Positions 10,113-19,195 of a DNA stretch of 64,000 nucleotides are shown in pieces. The DNA is taken from assembly GCA_963701305.1 (NCBI GenBank), contig OY969586.1, positions 1,865,509 to 1,929,508 of the forward strand. Reading direction: 5' to 3'. A program made the position numbers and the translations under genes. Positions within the stretch are counted from its first letter, which is position 1. Each line of letters opens with the position of its first letter. This DNA comes from Candidatus Aminicenantes bacterium. Its GTDB lineage: Bacteria > Acidobacteriota > Aminicenantia > Aminicenantales > CAVYOD01. The notes under the pieces are model-generated. The model ran no database searches and was not told where the DNA came from. It worked only from the letters and a program-made list of their open reading frames with translations.

Positions 10113-11810
10113 GTGTCCATGACCGGTTCACGGTGGATCCTCAGGCCGCCGCGGCCTGAATCTGAGGTCATATCCAGGGAGCTCGGGATTCCGCTGCCTA
10201 TCGCCCAGATCTTGGTCAACCGCAACATCGACAGCCCCGTGAGTGCCCACCAGTTTCTTCACGGCGATCTCAGCGGGCTTTTTGATCCGTATCTGATGGC
10301 CGGAATGGCCGAGTCCGTTTTCAGGATAAAGGAGGCGATTGCCCGCCGGGAGAAGATCCTCATCTTCGGGGACTATGACGTCGATGGAATCTTATCAGTG
10401 GTCATGCTGCACAAAGCCCTGGAATCGCTCGGCGCAGAAATCGACTATTTCATTCCCGAGCGGCTCAAGGATGGCTACGGAATCAAGACTGAACACATCG
10501 ATATTGTCTCCCAGAAAAGAGCGGGCCTCGTGATCAGCGTGGACTGCGGGGTCAAGGCGGTCCAGTTTGTCCGAGAGGCCAAATCCAGAGGAATTGATGT
10601 CATCATCACCGACCACCATCGCCCTGGAGCCGAACTCCCGGCCGCGCTCGCCATTCTGAATCCCATGCTCGAGGCGAGCGGCTACCCGGATAAGGGGCTC
10701 GCCGGAGTCGGTGTCGTCTTCAAATTGATCCAGGCTCTCCTTGAGGACGCGCGCCGGTCGCGTTTGATTCCGCATTATATCAAGCTGGTGGCCATCGGGA
10801 CGATCGCTGACGTGGTGGAATTGAGGGGCGAGAACAGACTTCTGGCAAAATATGGACTCAAGGGTCTTGAAACAGTCGTTAACCTGGGCTTGAGAACACT
10901 GCTCGATTCCTGTGGACTTGTGAAAAAACGGGTTTCCGAGGGAGACGTCGGATTCAGGATCGGGCCGAGGATCAACGCGGCCGGCCGGATGGGCATGACC
11001 GACCTTGCGGTTCGGCTCTTTTTTTCAAAGTCCCCGGAAGAATGCCTCGATATTGTCGGCCGGCTGGAAACTCTGAACAGGAAAAGACAATCGACCGAGG
11101 AACGGATTTTCAAACAGGCGGCCCAGACAATCAGGACGAAGGCGCTCGAAAAACGGTACCGTTTCCTAGTCATGGGCTGTGACGAATGGCACCGTGGTGT
11201 CATCGGAATCGTGGCCGCTCGGCTGAAGGACGCCTTCCACCGTCCGGTACTTCTCTTTGCCTACGAGGACGGAAAGGCCTTCGGCTCGGGCAGGAGCATC
11301 AGCGAATTTTCGATGATCGATTGCCTGGACCAGTGCCGGCACCTGTTCCTCAACTACGGCGGCCACACCTATGCCGTCGGTTGTTCCCTCGAACGCGACC
11401 GGATGAGCTCGTTCAGGGCTTTGGTGAATGAACTCGCGGCCGCCCGGATCTCCGACGCGGATCTCCAGAGGAAAATACCGATCGATACGCGGTTGTGCCT
11501 CGATGAAATCCAACCCGCGCTCCTCAAGGACTATGTGCTCCTCTGGCCGTTTGGAATGGGTAACCCCAAGCCGGTGTTCATGACGGAGAGAGTGAAAGTG
11601 GCGGGCCCTCCCCAGACGATCCAAGGCAAGCACGCCAAGCTTCTGGTCAAACAGAGTGGGAGGACGGTCGAAGCGCTCGGCTGGGATAAAGCCGACTGGG
11701 CAGCGACGATCAAGAAAGGAGATGAAATCGATATCGCCTACTCTCTCCAGTTCTCCGAGTACATGGGGGAAGAAAAAGTCTCTCTTACTTTGGAAGACAT
11801 CAGGACCTAG
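10113..11810 (+). CDS. recJ: Single-stranded-DNA-specific exonuclease RecJ
   Basis: 565 aa. DHH and DHHA1 motifs (…ITDHHRPG…). Confidence 0.9.
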   Translation: MSMTGSRWILRPPRPESEVISRELGIPLPIAQILVNRNIDSPVSAHQFLHGDLSGLFDPYLMAGMAESVFRIKEAIARREKILIFGDYDVDGILSVVMLHKALESLGAEIDYFIPERLKDGYGIKTEHIDIVSQKRAGLVISVDCGVKAVQFVREAKSRGIDVIITDHHRPGAELPAALAILNPMLEASGYPDKGLAGVGVVFKLIQALLEDARRSRLIPHYIKLVAIGTIADVVELRGENRLLAKYGLKGLETVVNLGLRTLLDSCGLVKKRVSEGDVGFRIGPRINAAGRMGMTDLAVRLFFSKSPEECLDIVGRLETLNRKRQSTEERIFKQAAQTIRTKALEKRYRFLVMGCDEWHRGVIGIVAARLKDAFHRPVLLFAYEDGKAFGSGRSISEFSMIDCLDQCRHLFLNYGGHTYAVGCSLERDRMSSFRALVNELAAARISDADLQRKIPIDTRLCLDEIQPALLKDYVLLWPFGMGNPKPVFMTERVKVAGPPQTIQGKHAKLLVKQSGRTVEALGWDKADWAATIKKGDEIDIAYSLQFSEYMGEEKVSLTLEDIRT

Positions 11811-11818
11811 AATCGGGC

Positions 11819-13729
11819 ATGCGCGAAAAGACAAAGTTCAGGCTGACCAGGACCCTGAGAATAGCGATCCTCGCTGTCCTCCTCGGTATTGTAACGATGA
11901 TCTTGGTCTATCTCGTGACGCACCTGGGAGAAAAATCCAGTCCGCCCCGGCAATCGGCCGACATTGGTCCTTTGAAGATCGACCAGAAAGAAAAGATCGA
12001 GCATTTCGAGTTCAAGGGCGGCAAGGGAAACATCGAGCTCCGGGCGAACAGGTTTTATGTCGGAGAGGACAAACTGAATCACCTCGAAGGCAGCGTCGAG
12101 GTCGTCGATTTCGGGCAAAAGGGAGGACAGAAGACAATGATCTTCGCCGACCAGGTGGCTTACGACCAGGAGGGAAATCATTTTGTCCTGACCGGAAAGG
12201 TTAAGATTCAGGACAAGGATCTGACTCTTGTCTCCGATTTTTTCGATTATGATAAGAAGACAGAGGTCTTCAGGTCCGACAAGGGTGTCGGCATCGCCTC
12301 TCTGAGGCTCAACGGTTTTTCCCGAAACCTTCTCTACACTCGAGCGGACCAAACCCTGACACTCGAAGACGGGGTTCGACTGGAGGTCAAGCCCAAGCCC
12401 GAGCAAAAGATCACACGACCGTTTTTCCTGCGAGGCCAAAAGCTCGTCTATAGCCGCAAGGGACACCAGGGCGAAGGCGAGGGCCTGATCGAATTTCATT
12501 CCGGAGAAAGTGGGGGCTCCTGCCAGAACCTAAATTTTGCTCTGTCAACTGACGAAAACTTTCTGACAGAACTGCGCCTGAAAGGTAAAGTCCGGCTGGA
12601 GCTGATCTCGGAAGCCCAGCCGCAGGGCACACTTTCGAGTGGCTCGTCGGTCTTACTCCGGAGCAGGAGAAGGGAAGTCGAGGCCGAGAAGGTGGACCTC
12701 AGGATGTTCAAGAAGTCCTCCAAGGTCCGTTCCCTGGAGACCCGGGGTGACTCCCGTCTAATCCTGCACTCGGAATCAGGCGCCTGGTCCGAGCTCCTGT
12801 CTCAATCGTCGGAATTCTCTTTTGATGAGGAGGGTGAACTCCGGGGTTTCAGGGGGGGCAGGCAAGTCGCGATGGTCGATAAAGACAAGGAAGGACAGGA
12901 GTTGCGCCGCGCGAGCGGAGACGAAATGTCCTTCGGGGCGAAGAGACTCGAGCTTCGCGTCAAGGGCGGTCCGCAGGCTCCGGCAGGATTCACATCCCCT
13001 GAGAGCGACCTCCAGGCCTCAGAGATCGTCCTTTTCCTCAAAAACGACGACATCAGCGCCTCCGGAGAGGTCAAGGCCGTCTTGAAACCCAAGGGGGCGG
13101 ATAAACGGCCTCCCGGCTTTTTTTCCGGCGATCAGGCTCTCTTCGTAACCACCCGGAATCTGAGACATTTGGGCACCCCGGAGCGTTTTATTTTTAGCGG
13201 CGACATCCGAGTCTGGCAGGAGAAGAACATGATCGTGGCCCAGGAACTGACGCTTTTTAAGGAAAGCGGAGAAATCCGTTCGGCCGGAGCGGTCAGGACG
13301 ACCTTTCCCCACAAGGCAAAAACAGACGAACCAGAGGAAAAAGTCGAGATATCGGGCAATATCATGAATTACAAACCGAAAAACCGGGTCCTCTCTTTCT
13401 CGGACTCGTGCGTCCTCCTCATAAAGAACTATTCCATATCCGCGAGGACGATGTCAGTCCTTCTCAGGGAAGAAGACGGCAAGATGAAGGCGATCGAGGC
13501 CAGTGACAATGTCGTGATCCAGCAGGAGTCGAAAGAGGGAAGGGGAAAGCAGGCCATTTACAACGTGGCTAACGAGACGATTGTCCTTACCGGAAGCCCT
13601 CAGCTGCTTGACAAAAGTAAGGGAGAGACCAGGGGGGACAAATTGACTTTTTACCTATCGGATGGTAAAATCCGGGTCGAAAACCTGGAGCGGGAAAGGT
13701 CGGAAACACTCATCAAACGTGAGAAATGA
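11819..13729 (+). CDS. LptC/LptA-like OstA-fold protein (apparent LptC–LptA fusion)
   Basis: 636 aa. N-terminal membrane anchor (AILAVLLGIVTMILVYLV) followed by repeated OstA-like segments. C-terminal LptA signature (…VVIQQE…AIYNVANETIVLTGSPQL…GDKLTFYLSDGKIRVEN). Immediately upstream of lptB-rpoN-hpf, where lptC and lptA lie in E. coli. Confidence 0.65.
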   Translation: MREKTKFRLTRTLRIAILAVLLGIVTMILVYLVTHLGEKSSPPRQSADIGPLKIDQKEKIEHFEFKGGKGNIELRANRFYVGEDKLNHLEGSVEVVDFGQKGGQKTMIFADQVAYDQEGNHFVLTGKVKIQDKDLTLVSDFFDYDKKTEVFRSDKGVGIASLRLNGFSRNLLYTRADQTLTLEDGVRLEVKPKPEQKITRPFFLRGQKLVYSRKGHQGEGEGLIEFHSGESGGSCQNLNFALSTDENFLTELRLKGKVRLELISEAQPQGTLSSGSSVLLRSRRREVEAEKVDLRMFKKSSKVRSLETRGDSRLILHSESGAWSELLSQSSEFSFDEEGELRGFRGGRQVAMVDKDKEGQELRRASGDEMSFGAKRLELRVKGGPQAPAGFTSPESDLQASEIVLFLKNDDISASGEVKAVLKPKGADKRPPGFFSGDQALFVTTRNLRHLGTPERFIFSGDIRVWQEKNMIVAQELTLFKESGEIRSAGAVRTTFPHKAKTDEPEEKVEISGNIMNYKPKNRVLSFSDSCVLLIKNYSISARTMSVLLREEDGKMKAIEASDNVVIQQESKEGRGKQAIYNVANETIVLTGSPQLLDKSKGETRGDKLTFYLSDGKIRVENLERERSETLIKREK

Positions 13730-14457
13730 ACAATTCCCTGAAAGCCGTCTGCCTGAACAAATCCTATCAGCGGAAAAAAGTGGTCAATGATGTTTCTGTC
13801 GAGGTCCAGGGCGGCGAAGTGGTCGGACTCCTGGGGCCGAATGGGGCCGGGAAGACAACGACCTTTTCGATGATTCTCGGCCTTGTCCCGGAAGATTCCG
13901 GCAAGATCTTTCTTCATGGGGAAGAGATCACAGGGCTTCCCATGTACCTGAGGGCTCAGAAGGGGATGTGCCTGCTCCCCCAAGAACCCTCCGCTTTCAG
14001 AAGGCTCAGCGTAGAAGAAAATCTGCTGGCCATTCTAGAGGTTTTTCCCGATTCCCAATCCCGAAGAGAAAACGGGGAAATCGCCCAGGCTCTCCAGGAG
14101 TTCGGACTGGAAAAACTGGCCAAAGCCAGGGCCTATACCCTGTCCGGCGGAGAGAGGCGGAGGCTGGAGATTGCCAGGGCGATGATGACCAGGCCGGAGT
14201 TCATCCTGCTGGATGAGCCTTTCACCGGCATAGACCCGCTGGCCATCAATGACCTGCAGGAAATCATCGTCTCCCTCAAACGGAGGGGGCTTGGGCTGCT
14301 CCTGACGGATCACAGCGTCCGGGAAGCTCTCCGGATCACCGACCGTGCTTACATCATCGATAAAGGCCGGATCATCATGGAAGGGGAACCGCCGGAATTG
14401 ATCGCCTCGCCAGAGGTCCGAAGGAACTACCTGGGCGAGGATTTTTGCCTCTATTAA
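13726..14457 (+). CDS. lptB: LPS export ABC transporter ATP-binding protein LptB
   Basis: Walker A (GPNGAGKTT), ABC signature (LSGGERRRLEIARA), Walker B (ILLDEP). Position before rpoN. Confidence 0.92.
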   Translation: MNNSLKAVCLNKSYQRKKVVNDVSVEVQGGEVVGLLGPNGAGKTTTFSMILGLVPEDSGKIFLHGEEITGLPMYLRAQKGMCLLPQEPSAFRRLSVEENLLAILEVFPDSQSRRENGEIAQALQEFGLEKLAKARAYTLSGGERRRLEIARAMMTRPEFILLDEPFTGIDPLAINDLQEIIVSLKRRGLGLLLTDHSVREALRITDRAYIIDKGRIIMEGEPPELIASPEVRRNYLGEDFCLY

Positions 14458-14487
14458 TGTTAGAATAAGGGATATCGCGTTAAGACC

Positions 14488-15966
14488 ATGGTGATGAAAC
14501 AGAGGCTCGACCAGAGGCAGGTTCAGAAACTGATCCTGGCCCCTGCCCTGCAACAAGCGATCAGGCTCCTCCCTCTCACCAACCTCGAGCTCATCGAGAT
14601 CATCGACTCCGAGATCTCTCAGAATCCCGTCATCGAGCTGGAGGAGGAGACCTTCCAGAGGCAGGTCAAGGAAGGCAACGGGAAAAACCCGAAGGAGCGG
14701 AGCGAACTGGAGAAGCAGCTAGAAAAAATGCGGGACAACCCCCAGGATCAGGACGCTGAATATCAGAACGAAGCTGACTTCGAATCGCACTTTCAGGAGT
14801 ATTTCGGGGACGGCTTTCGTCCTTCCGTCGTCGGGAGGAAGGAGATTCCGTCGATTGAGAACTTCCTGTCCAAGACGCCCTCCCTCTGGGACCACTTAAA
14901 CTGGCAGGCCAACCTCACTTTTTTTGACCCAAAAGACCGGGAAATCTCTCAGCAGATCATCGGCAACATCAACGAGGACGGATATCTGAGCACTCCGCTC
15001 GAGGAAATCGCCAGGCAGTGCCAGGTCACAGTGGAAAGAGTCAACGAAGTCCGCGGCAAGATCAAGGTTTTCGATCCGGTCGGGGTGGGAAGCCTGGACC
15101 TGCGGGAAGCCCTGCTTGCCCAGATGGAATATCTGCAGATGACCAACGAGACGACGAGAACCCTCGTCACCCAATACCTCCAGCTTCTCGAAAAATCGGA
15201 TTTCTCTCAATTGGCCAAGGCCCTGCAGATCCCGCTCTCTGAGGTTAAATACCACATCGAGATCATCAAAGCCCTGGACCCGACCCCGGGGCGTAAGTAC
15301 AGCCAGGAAAGGACCTTTTACGTCGTGCCGGATATCCTGGTGACCAAGGAAGGGAACGAATACAAGGTTGTCCTGAATGACGAGGGGTTGCCCAGGCTCC
15401 GGATCAGCAGCTATTACAAGAAGCTCCTTGCGACGACGTCGAAGGACAACCCTGAGGCCCACCGCTTCCTCAAGGACAAGATGAAGAAAGCACTTTGGTT
15501 CCTGAGAAGCTTGAACCAGCGGGACCAGACCATATATAAAGTGGCGAAGTATATCGTTGATAAGCAGCAGGATTTCTTTGAGAAAGGACTGGACTATATT
15601 AAACCTCTGACTCTGATGGAGATCGCCCAGGAAATCGGCGTCCACGAATCCACAGTCGGCCGCGTCGTCGCCAACAAGTATCTCACGACCCCGCGAGGGG
15701 TCTTTTCGCTGAAGTATTTCTTCCACAAGTCCTTGGTCGGGGATTATGGTGAGGAGATTTCTTCCCTCAGGATCAAAGAGAAAATCAAAAAACTCGTTGA
15801 AAACGAGGATCGGAACCGCCCCCTGAGTGACATCGAGATCGGGGAGCTTTTGGCCAAAGAAAACCTGAAGATTGCCCGACGCACGATCGCCAAGTACAGA
15901 AAACAGCTCAAGATTCTTCCTTCCCATATCCGGAAAAGAAAATTTGTCATGGAGGGCAGCTCATGA
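14488..15966 (+). CDS. rpoN: RNA polymerase sigma-54 factor
   Basis: 492 aa. C-terminal RpoN box (ARRTIAKYR) and HTH. Acidic/Gln-rich region I. Confidence 0.95.
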   Translation: MVMKQRLDQRQVQKLILAPALQQAIRLLPLTNLELIEIIDSEISQNPVIELEEETFQRQVKEGNGKNPKERSELEKQLEKMRDNPQDQDAEYQNEADFESHFQEYFGDGFRPSVVGRKEIPSIENFLSKTPSLWDHLNWQANLTFFDPKDREISQQIIGNINEDGYLSTPLEEIARQCQVTVERVNEVRGKIKVFDPVGVGSLDLREALLAQMEYLQMTNETTRTLVTQYLQLLEKSDFSQLAKALQIPLSEVKYHIEIIKALDPTPGRKYSQERTFYVVPDILVTKEGNEYKVVLNDEGLPRLRISSYYKKLLATTSKDNPEAHRFLKDKMKKALWFLRSLNQRDQTIYKVAKYIVDKQQDFFEKGLDYIKPLTLMEIAQEIGVHESTVGRVVANKYLTTPRGVFSLKYFFHKSLVGDYGEEISSLRIKEKIKKLVENEDRNRPLSDIEIGELLAKENLKIARRTIAKYRKQLKILPSHIRKRKFVMEGSS

Positions 15967-16487
15967 ACGTTCATTTCACGGCCCGCCAGATGACTCTGAC
16001 CCCGGAGCTGAGGCAATACTGCGAGAAACGTCTCAACTCGTTGGAAAAACTGATGGGGTCGGTCCTGGAAGTGGATGTCATCTGCTCGGTGGAACGCAAC
16101 AGGCATAAGGCCGAAATTTACGTCAAAGCCAAAGGGGCGAGCCTGTTCGTGGTCGAAGAGACTCCGGAGATGTTGAACTCGCTCAACCGGGCCTTTGACA
16201 GCCTGGAAAAGAAGATCAAAAAAGAAAGGGAAAAATTCAGGGAGAGGAAGCGGCGGAGCAGCCGAGTGACGAAGGAGATCCCCTATGTTCCCGAGCCTGG
16301 GGAGACCGAAAAGAGAGTTGTCCGGAGCCGGGATTTTTCCCTTAAGCCCATGGCTCTCGAAGAGGCCCTGGTCCAGTTCGACGTGGAAAAGAGGGACGTC
16401 TTCGTTTTCCGGAGACCCGGCACGGAAAAATGGGCCGTCCTTTACAGACGCAGGGACGGAAACTATGGTTTGGTGGAGCCGGAATAA
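15963..16487 (+). CDS. hpf: Ribosome hibernation promoting factor (long form)
   Basis: 174 aa. Sigma-54 modulation protein/S30EA family N-terminal domain plus C-terminal extension. Conserved position after rpoN. Confidence 0.85.
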   Translation: MNVHFTARQMTLTPELRQYCEKRLNSLEKLMGSVLEVDVICSVERNRHKAEIYVKAKGASLFVVEETPEMLNSLNRAFDSLEKKIKKEREKFRERKRRSSRVTKEIPYVPEPGETEKRVVRSRDFSLKPMALEEALVQFDVEKRDVFVFRRPGTEKWAVLYRRRDGNYGLVEPE

Positions 16488-16496
16488 TCCTCAGGG

Positions 16497-16976
16497 GTGT
16501 CCGGCGTGAAGCTATCCGACTTCCTGGCCGAGGGCATGATCATCCCGGATCTCAGATCGAGAAAGGTGGAGAGCTCGCTCCATGAGATGGTGGATTTTCT
16601 GAAAAAAACGAATCGGGTTGTCGGGGGCACGGAGCTGTACACCAGGCTTCTCGAGAGAGAAAAATTGGGGAGCACGGCCATCGGCGAGGGCGTGGCCATC
16701 CCCCACTGCAAGTTTGCAGGGCTGAAAAACCCAATGGTCATGTTGGGCGTTTCGCGGAAGGGGGTGGATTTTAAATCGGTTGACGCAAAACCGGTTCACG
16801 TCTTTTTTTTGGTGATCGCCGCCCCGGGGGACCCCGGCAGCAGCCTTCAGATCCTGGCTTCGATTGCCCAGCTGGTTCGGAAAGCCGGAACTCTGGACAA
16901 GAAGATTCTGCAGGCGGCGAGTCCGCGGCCCATGCTAGAGGTTATCCGGCGCGAGGAGCAGAGGTTTGATGAGTAA
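16497..16976 (+). CDS. ptsN: PTS EIIA-Ntr (nitrogen regulatory IIA)
   Basis: 159 aa. PTS EIIA fructose/Ntr-type with active-site His motif (GVAIPHCKF). Conserved position after hpf. Confidence 0.85.
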   Translation: MSGVKLSDFLAEGMIIPDLRSRKVESSLHEMVDFLKKTNRVVGGTELYTRLLEREKLGSTAIGEGVAIPHCKFAGLKNPMVMLGVSRKGVDFKSVDAKPVHVFFLVIAAPGDPGSSLQILASIAQLVRKAGTLDKKILQAASPRPMLEVIRREEQRFDE

Positions 16977-17517
16977 GAAAGGGAAGTGCGTTCCGGAGGA
17001 GACGACGATTTCCGGCGAGCTTCTTCAGATCTTCGGGCTCGGTGCGCTCATTCGGGGAGACAGCGGAATCGGGAAGAGCGAGAGCTCCCTGGAGCTCATC
17101 GCCCGGGGGCACAAGTTCATTTCCGATGACGTGGTTCTCGTTCGGAAAACGGCCGCTGGCCGCTTGACCGGGAAATCACCCTCCCTGAGTCATAATTATA
17201 TGGAGATCCGGGGCCTGGGCATCATCAATATCAGAGAGATCTTTGGCGCCAAGTCGATCCTCCGTCAGGCTCCGGTCGATTTGATCATCAGGCTCAAGAA
17301 ATGGCATCACCGCAGAGAGTACGACCGGCTCGGCCTGAAATTCCCCGAAGATATCAAGATCCTGGGGGTCGGGACCCCGCAATTGAGCATTCCCGTTGCC
17401 CCCGGTCGGAATATCGCCACCCTGATCGAGGTCGCCTGCAAAGTTCATCAGCTCAGGTTGAGGGGTTACCACGCTTCCCAGGAGATCATGAAAAAACTCG
17501 AGCGGGCTTTGTCGTGA
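16966..17517 (+). CDS. hprK: HPr kinase/phosphorylase, short form (catalytic domain only)
   Basis: 183 aa. P-loop GDSGIGKSE and the HprK C-terminal domain signature. Lacks the N-terminal domain of long HprK/P. Confidence 0.8.
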   Translation: MMSKKGKCVPEETTISGELLQIFGLGALIRGDSGIGKSESSLELIARGHKFISDDVVLVRKTAAGRLTGKSPSLSHNYMEIRGLGIINIREIFGAKSILRQAPVDLIIRLKKWHHRREYDRLGLKFPEDIKILGVGTPQLSIPVAPGRNIATLIEVACKVHQLRLRGYHASQEIMKKLERALS

Positions 17518-17538
17518 GCCCGAAAGGAAGGTCTGCTT

Positions 17539-18396
17539 GTGAAGGATGACAGGTTCCTCATCATCACCGGGCTGTCCGGGTCGGGAAAAACCGCGGTCAG
17601 CCATTTCCTCGAGGACCTGGGTTACTACTGCGTGGACAATCTGCCGGCCAAGCTGATCCCGAGCTTCGTCGACCTGTGGCTCAGGGAAGAAGTCGAGATC
17701 GAACGCGTAGCCCTGGTCGTCGATATCCGGGAGCCGGGTTTTCTGAGCAAGTTTCCTCTCGTCTGGAGGGAGATCAACAAAAAGATATCCCCCCGGTTGA
17801 TCTTCCTGGAGGCTTCCGACGAAGCCCTGGTCAAACGGTTCAGCGAGAGCCGCCGGCCCCATCCGCTGACCAAGAAGAAGTCCGTCCTGGAAGGCGTTCG
17901 CCTCGAGCGCAAGCGGTTGGCAGAGATCAAGAAGATGTCGGATGAAGTCATCGATACTTCGGCCTCCACCGTCTCCCAGCTCAAGGAGTTGTTGATGCGG
18001 CGGTTTTCTAAGCGAAAGGGCCCGCGCCTTCAGATCGTTCTTGTCAGTTTCGGCTACAAATACGGTTTGCCCATAGAATCAGACCTCGTCTTCGACACAC
18101 GTTTCCTTCCCAATCCCTTTTATGAGGAGGCCCTCAGAGAAAAGACTGGAAACAATCGCCTGGTCAGGGACTTCGTCCTCAAATCTCCGGAGACCCAGGC
18201 CTTCCTGGCCGAGCTGATTCGTTTCCTGGATTTTCTGATTCCCAAATTCCTGGACGAAGGCAAGAGTTATCTGACCGTCGCCGTCGGCTGCACGGGGGGA
18301 AAGCACAGGTCCGTGGTGATCGCGGAAAAATTGAACGGGTACTTTCACAAGCACGGTTATCATAGTAAAATCTATCACCGGGATATGTTCAAATAA
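17539..18396 (+). CDS. rapZ: RNase adapter protein RapZ (YhbJ)
   Basis: 285 aa. P-loop ITGLSGSGKT. Conserved position after ptsN in the rpoN cluster. Confidence 0.88.
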   Translation: MKDDRFLIITGLSGSGKTAVSHFLEDLGYYCVDNLPAKLIPSFVDLWLREEVEIERVALVVDIREPGFLSKFPLVWREINKKISPRLIFLEASDEALVKRFSESRRPHPLTKKKSVLEGVRLERKRLAEIKKMSDEVIDTSASTVSQLKELLMRRFSKRKGPRLQIVLVSFGYKYGLPIESDLVFDTRFLPNPFYEEALREKTGNNRLVRDFVLKSPETQAFLAELIRFLDFLIPKFLDEGKSYLTVAVGCTGGKHRSVVIAEKLNGYFHKHGYHSKIYHRDMFK

Positions 18397-18400
18397 AAAA

Positions 18401-18440
18401 GTGAGGAGTCGGGGGTGAGGAGTGAGGGGTAAGAAGTCAG
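18401..18440. repeat. Tandem GTGAGGR heptad array (copy B, one-armed)
   Basis: gtgagga/gtcgggg/gtgagga/gtgaggg/gtaagaa/gtcag between the rapZ stop and the EIIA(Man) start. Confidence 0.7.
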
Positions 18441-18500
18441 CAAAAAAAATATCATCGATAGGATCGACGCGGCGAACATGACGAACGCGGAGAGTGCAAG

Positions 18501-18905
18501 ATGATCGGCGGGATCATAGTCTCACACGGGAAGCTGGCCGAGGAATTGCTGAACGCCCTGACGATCATTCTGGGAGAAGCCCCCAACATCGAGGCCATCT
18601 CCATCGGCTGGTATGATGATGTGGAAGAATCCAGGAAAAAGATCAACTCCAGCCTGAAAAGAGTCGATCAAAAGAACGGCGTCTTGATTTTCACCGACAT
18701 GTTCGGTGGGACCCCCTCCAACCTCAGCTTCGGTTTTCTGAAAGACGACCATATCGAGATCATCACCGGAGTGAATCTCCCCATGCTGATCAAATTTGTC
18801 TCGCTCCAGAGAAGCAACAATCTCAAAGATGTCGCCAGAAAGGTCGTCGACCAGGGGAAGAAGAACATCCACCTGGCCAGCGCTCTGCTGAGCTCCAAAC
18901 ACTGA
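18501..18905 (+). CDS. PTS EIIA, mannose/fructose family
   Basis: 134 aa. EIIA-Man fold with N-terminal phosphorylatable His motif (MIGGIIVSHGKLAEEL). Confidence 0.8.
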   Translation: MIGGIIVSHGKLAEELLNALTIILGEAPNIEAISIGWYDDVEESRKKINSSLKRVDQKNGVLIFTDMFGGTPSNLSFGFLKDDHIEIITGVNLPMLIKFVSLQRSNNLKDVARKVVDQGKKNIHLASALLSSKH

Positions 18906-18919
18906 GGGACCGACGGCCG

Positions 18920-19189
18920 ATGATCAAAAGAAAAGTGACCATCACGAACAAGCTGGGACTGCATGCCAGGGCCGCGGTGAAGTTCGTCAACCTGGCCAAT
19001 CGCTTCAGTTCGCTGGTGAAGATCGTCAAGGATGGGAGCGAGATCGACGGCAAGAGCATCCTCGGGATCCTCACCCTTGCGGCCACACAGGGCAGCCAGC
19101 TCGAGCTCAAGATCTCGGGCAAGGACGAAGACGCGGCCTGCGGCGCTCTGGTCGGACTGATCGACAACAAATTCGAGGAAAGAGAATAG
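18920..19189 (+). CDS. ptsH: Phosphocarrier protein HPr
   Basis: 89 aa. His15 region GLHARAA and regulatory Ser46 region (GKSILG). Confidence 0.9.
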   Translation: MIKRKVTITNKLGLHARAAVKFVNLANRFSSLVKIVKDGSEIDGKSILGILTLAATQGSQLELKISGKDEDAACGALVGLIDNKFEERE

Positions 19190-19195
19190 CGGCCC

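Noticed and set aside
9927-10131. FtsY N-terminal extension overlapping recJ
   Set aside because: It would make divergent genes overlap by 19 bp and would translate the heptad-repeat array. A GTG at 9926 yields a standard short FtsY, so the extension is treated as non-coding.
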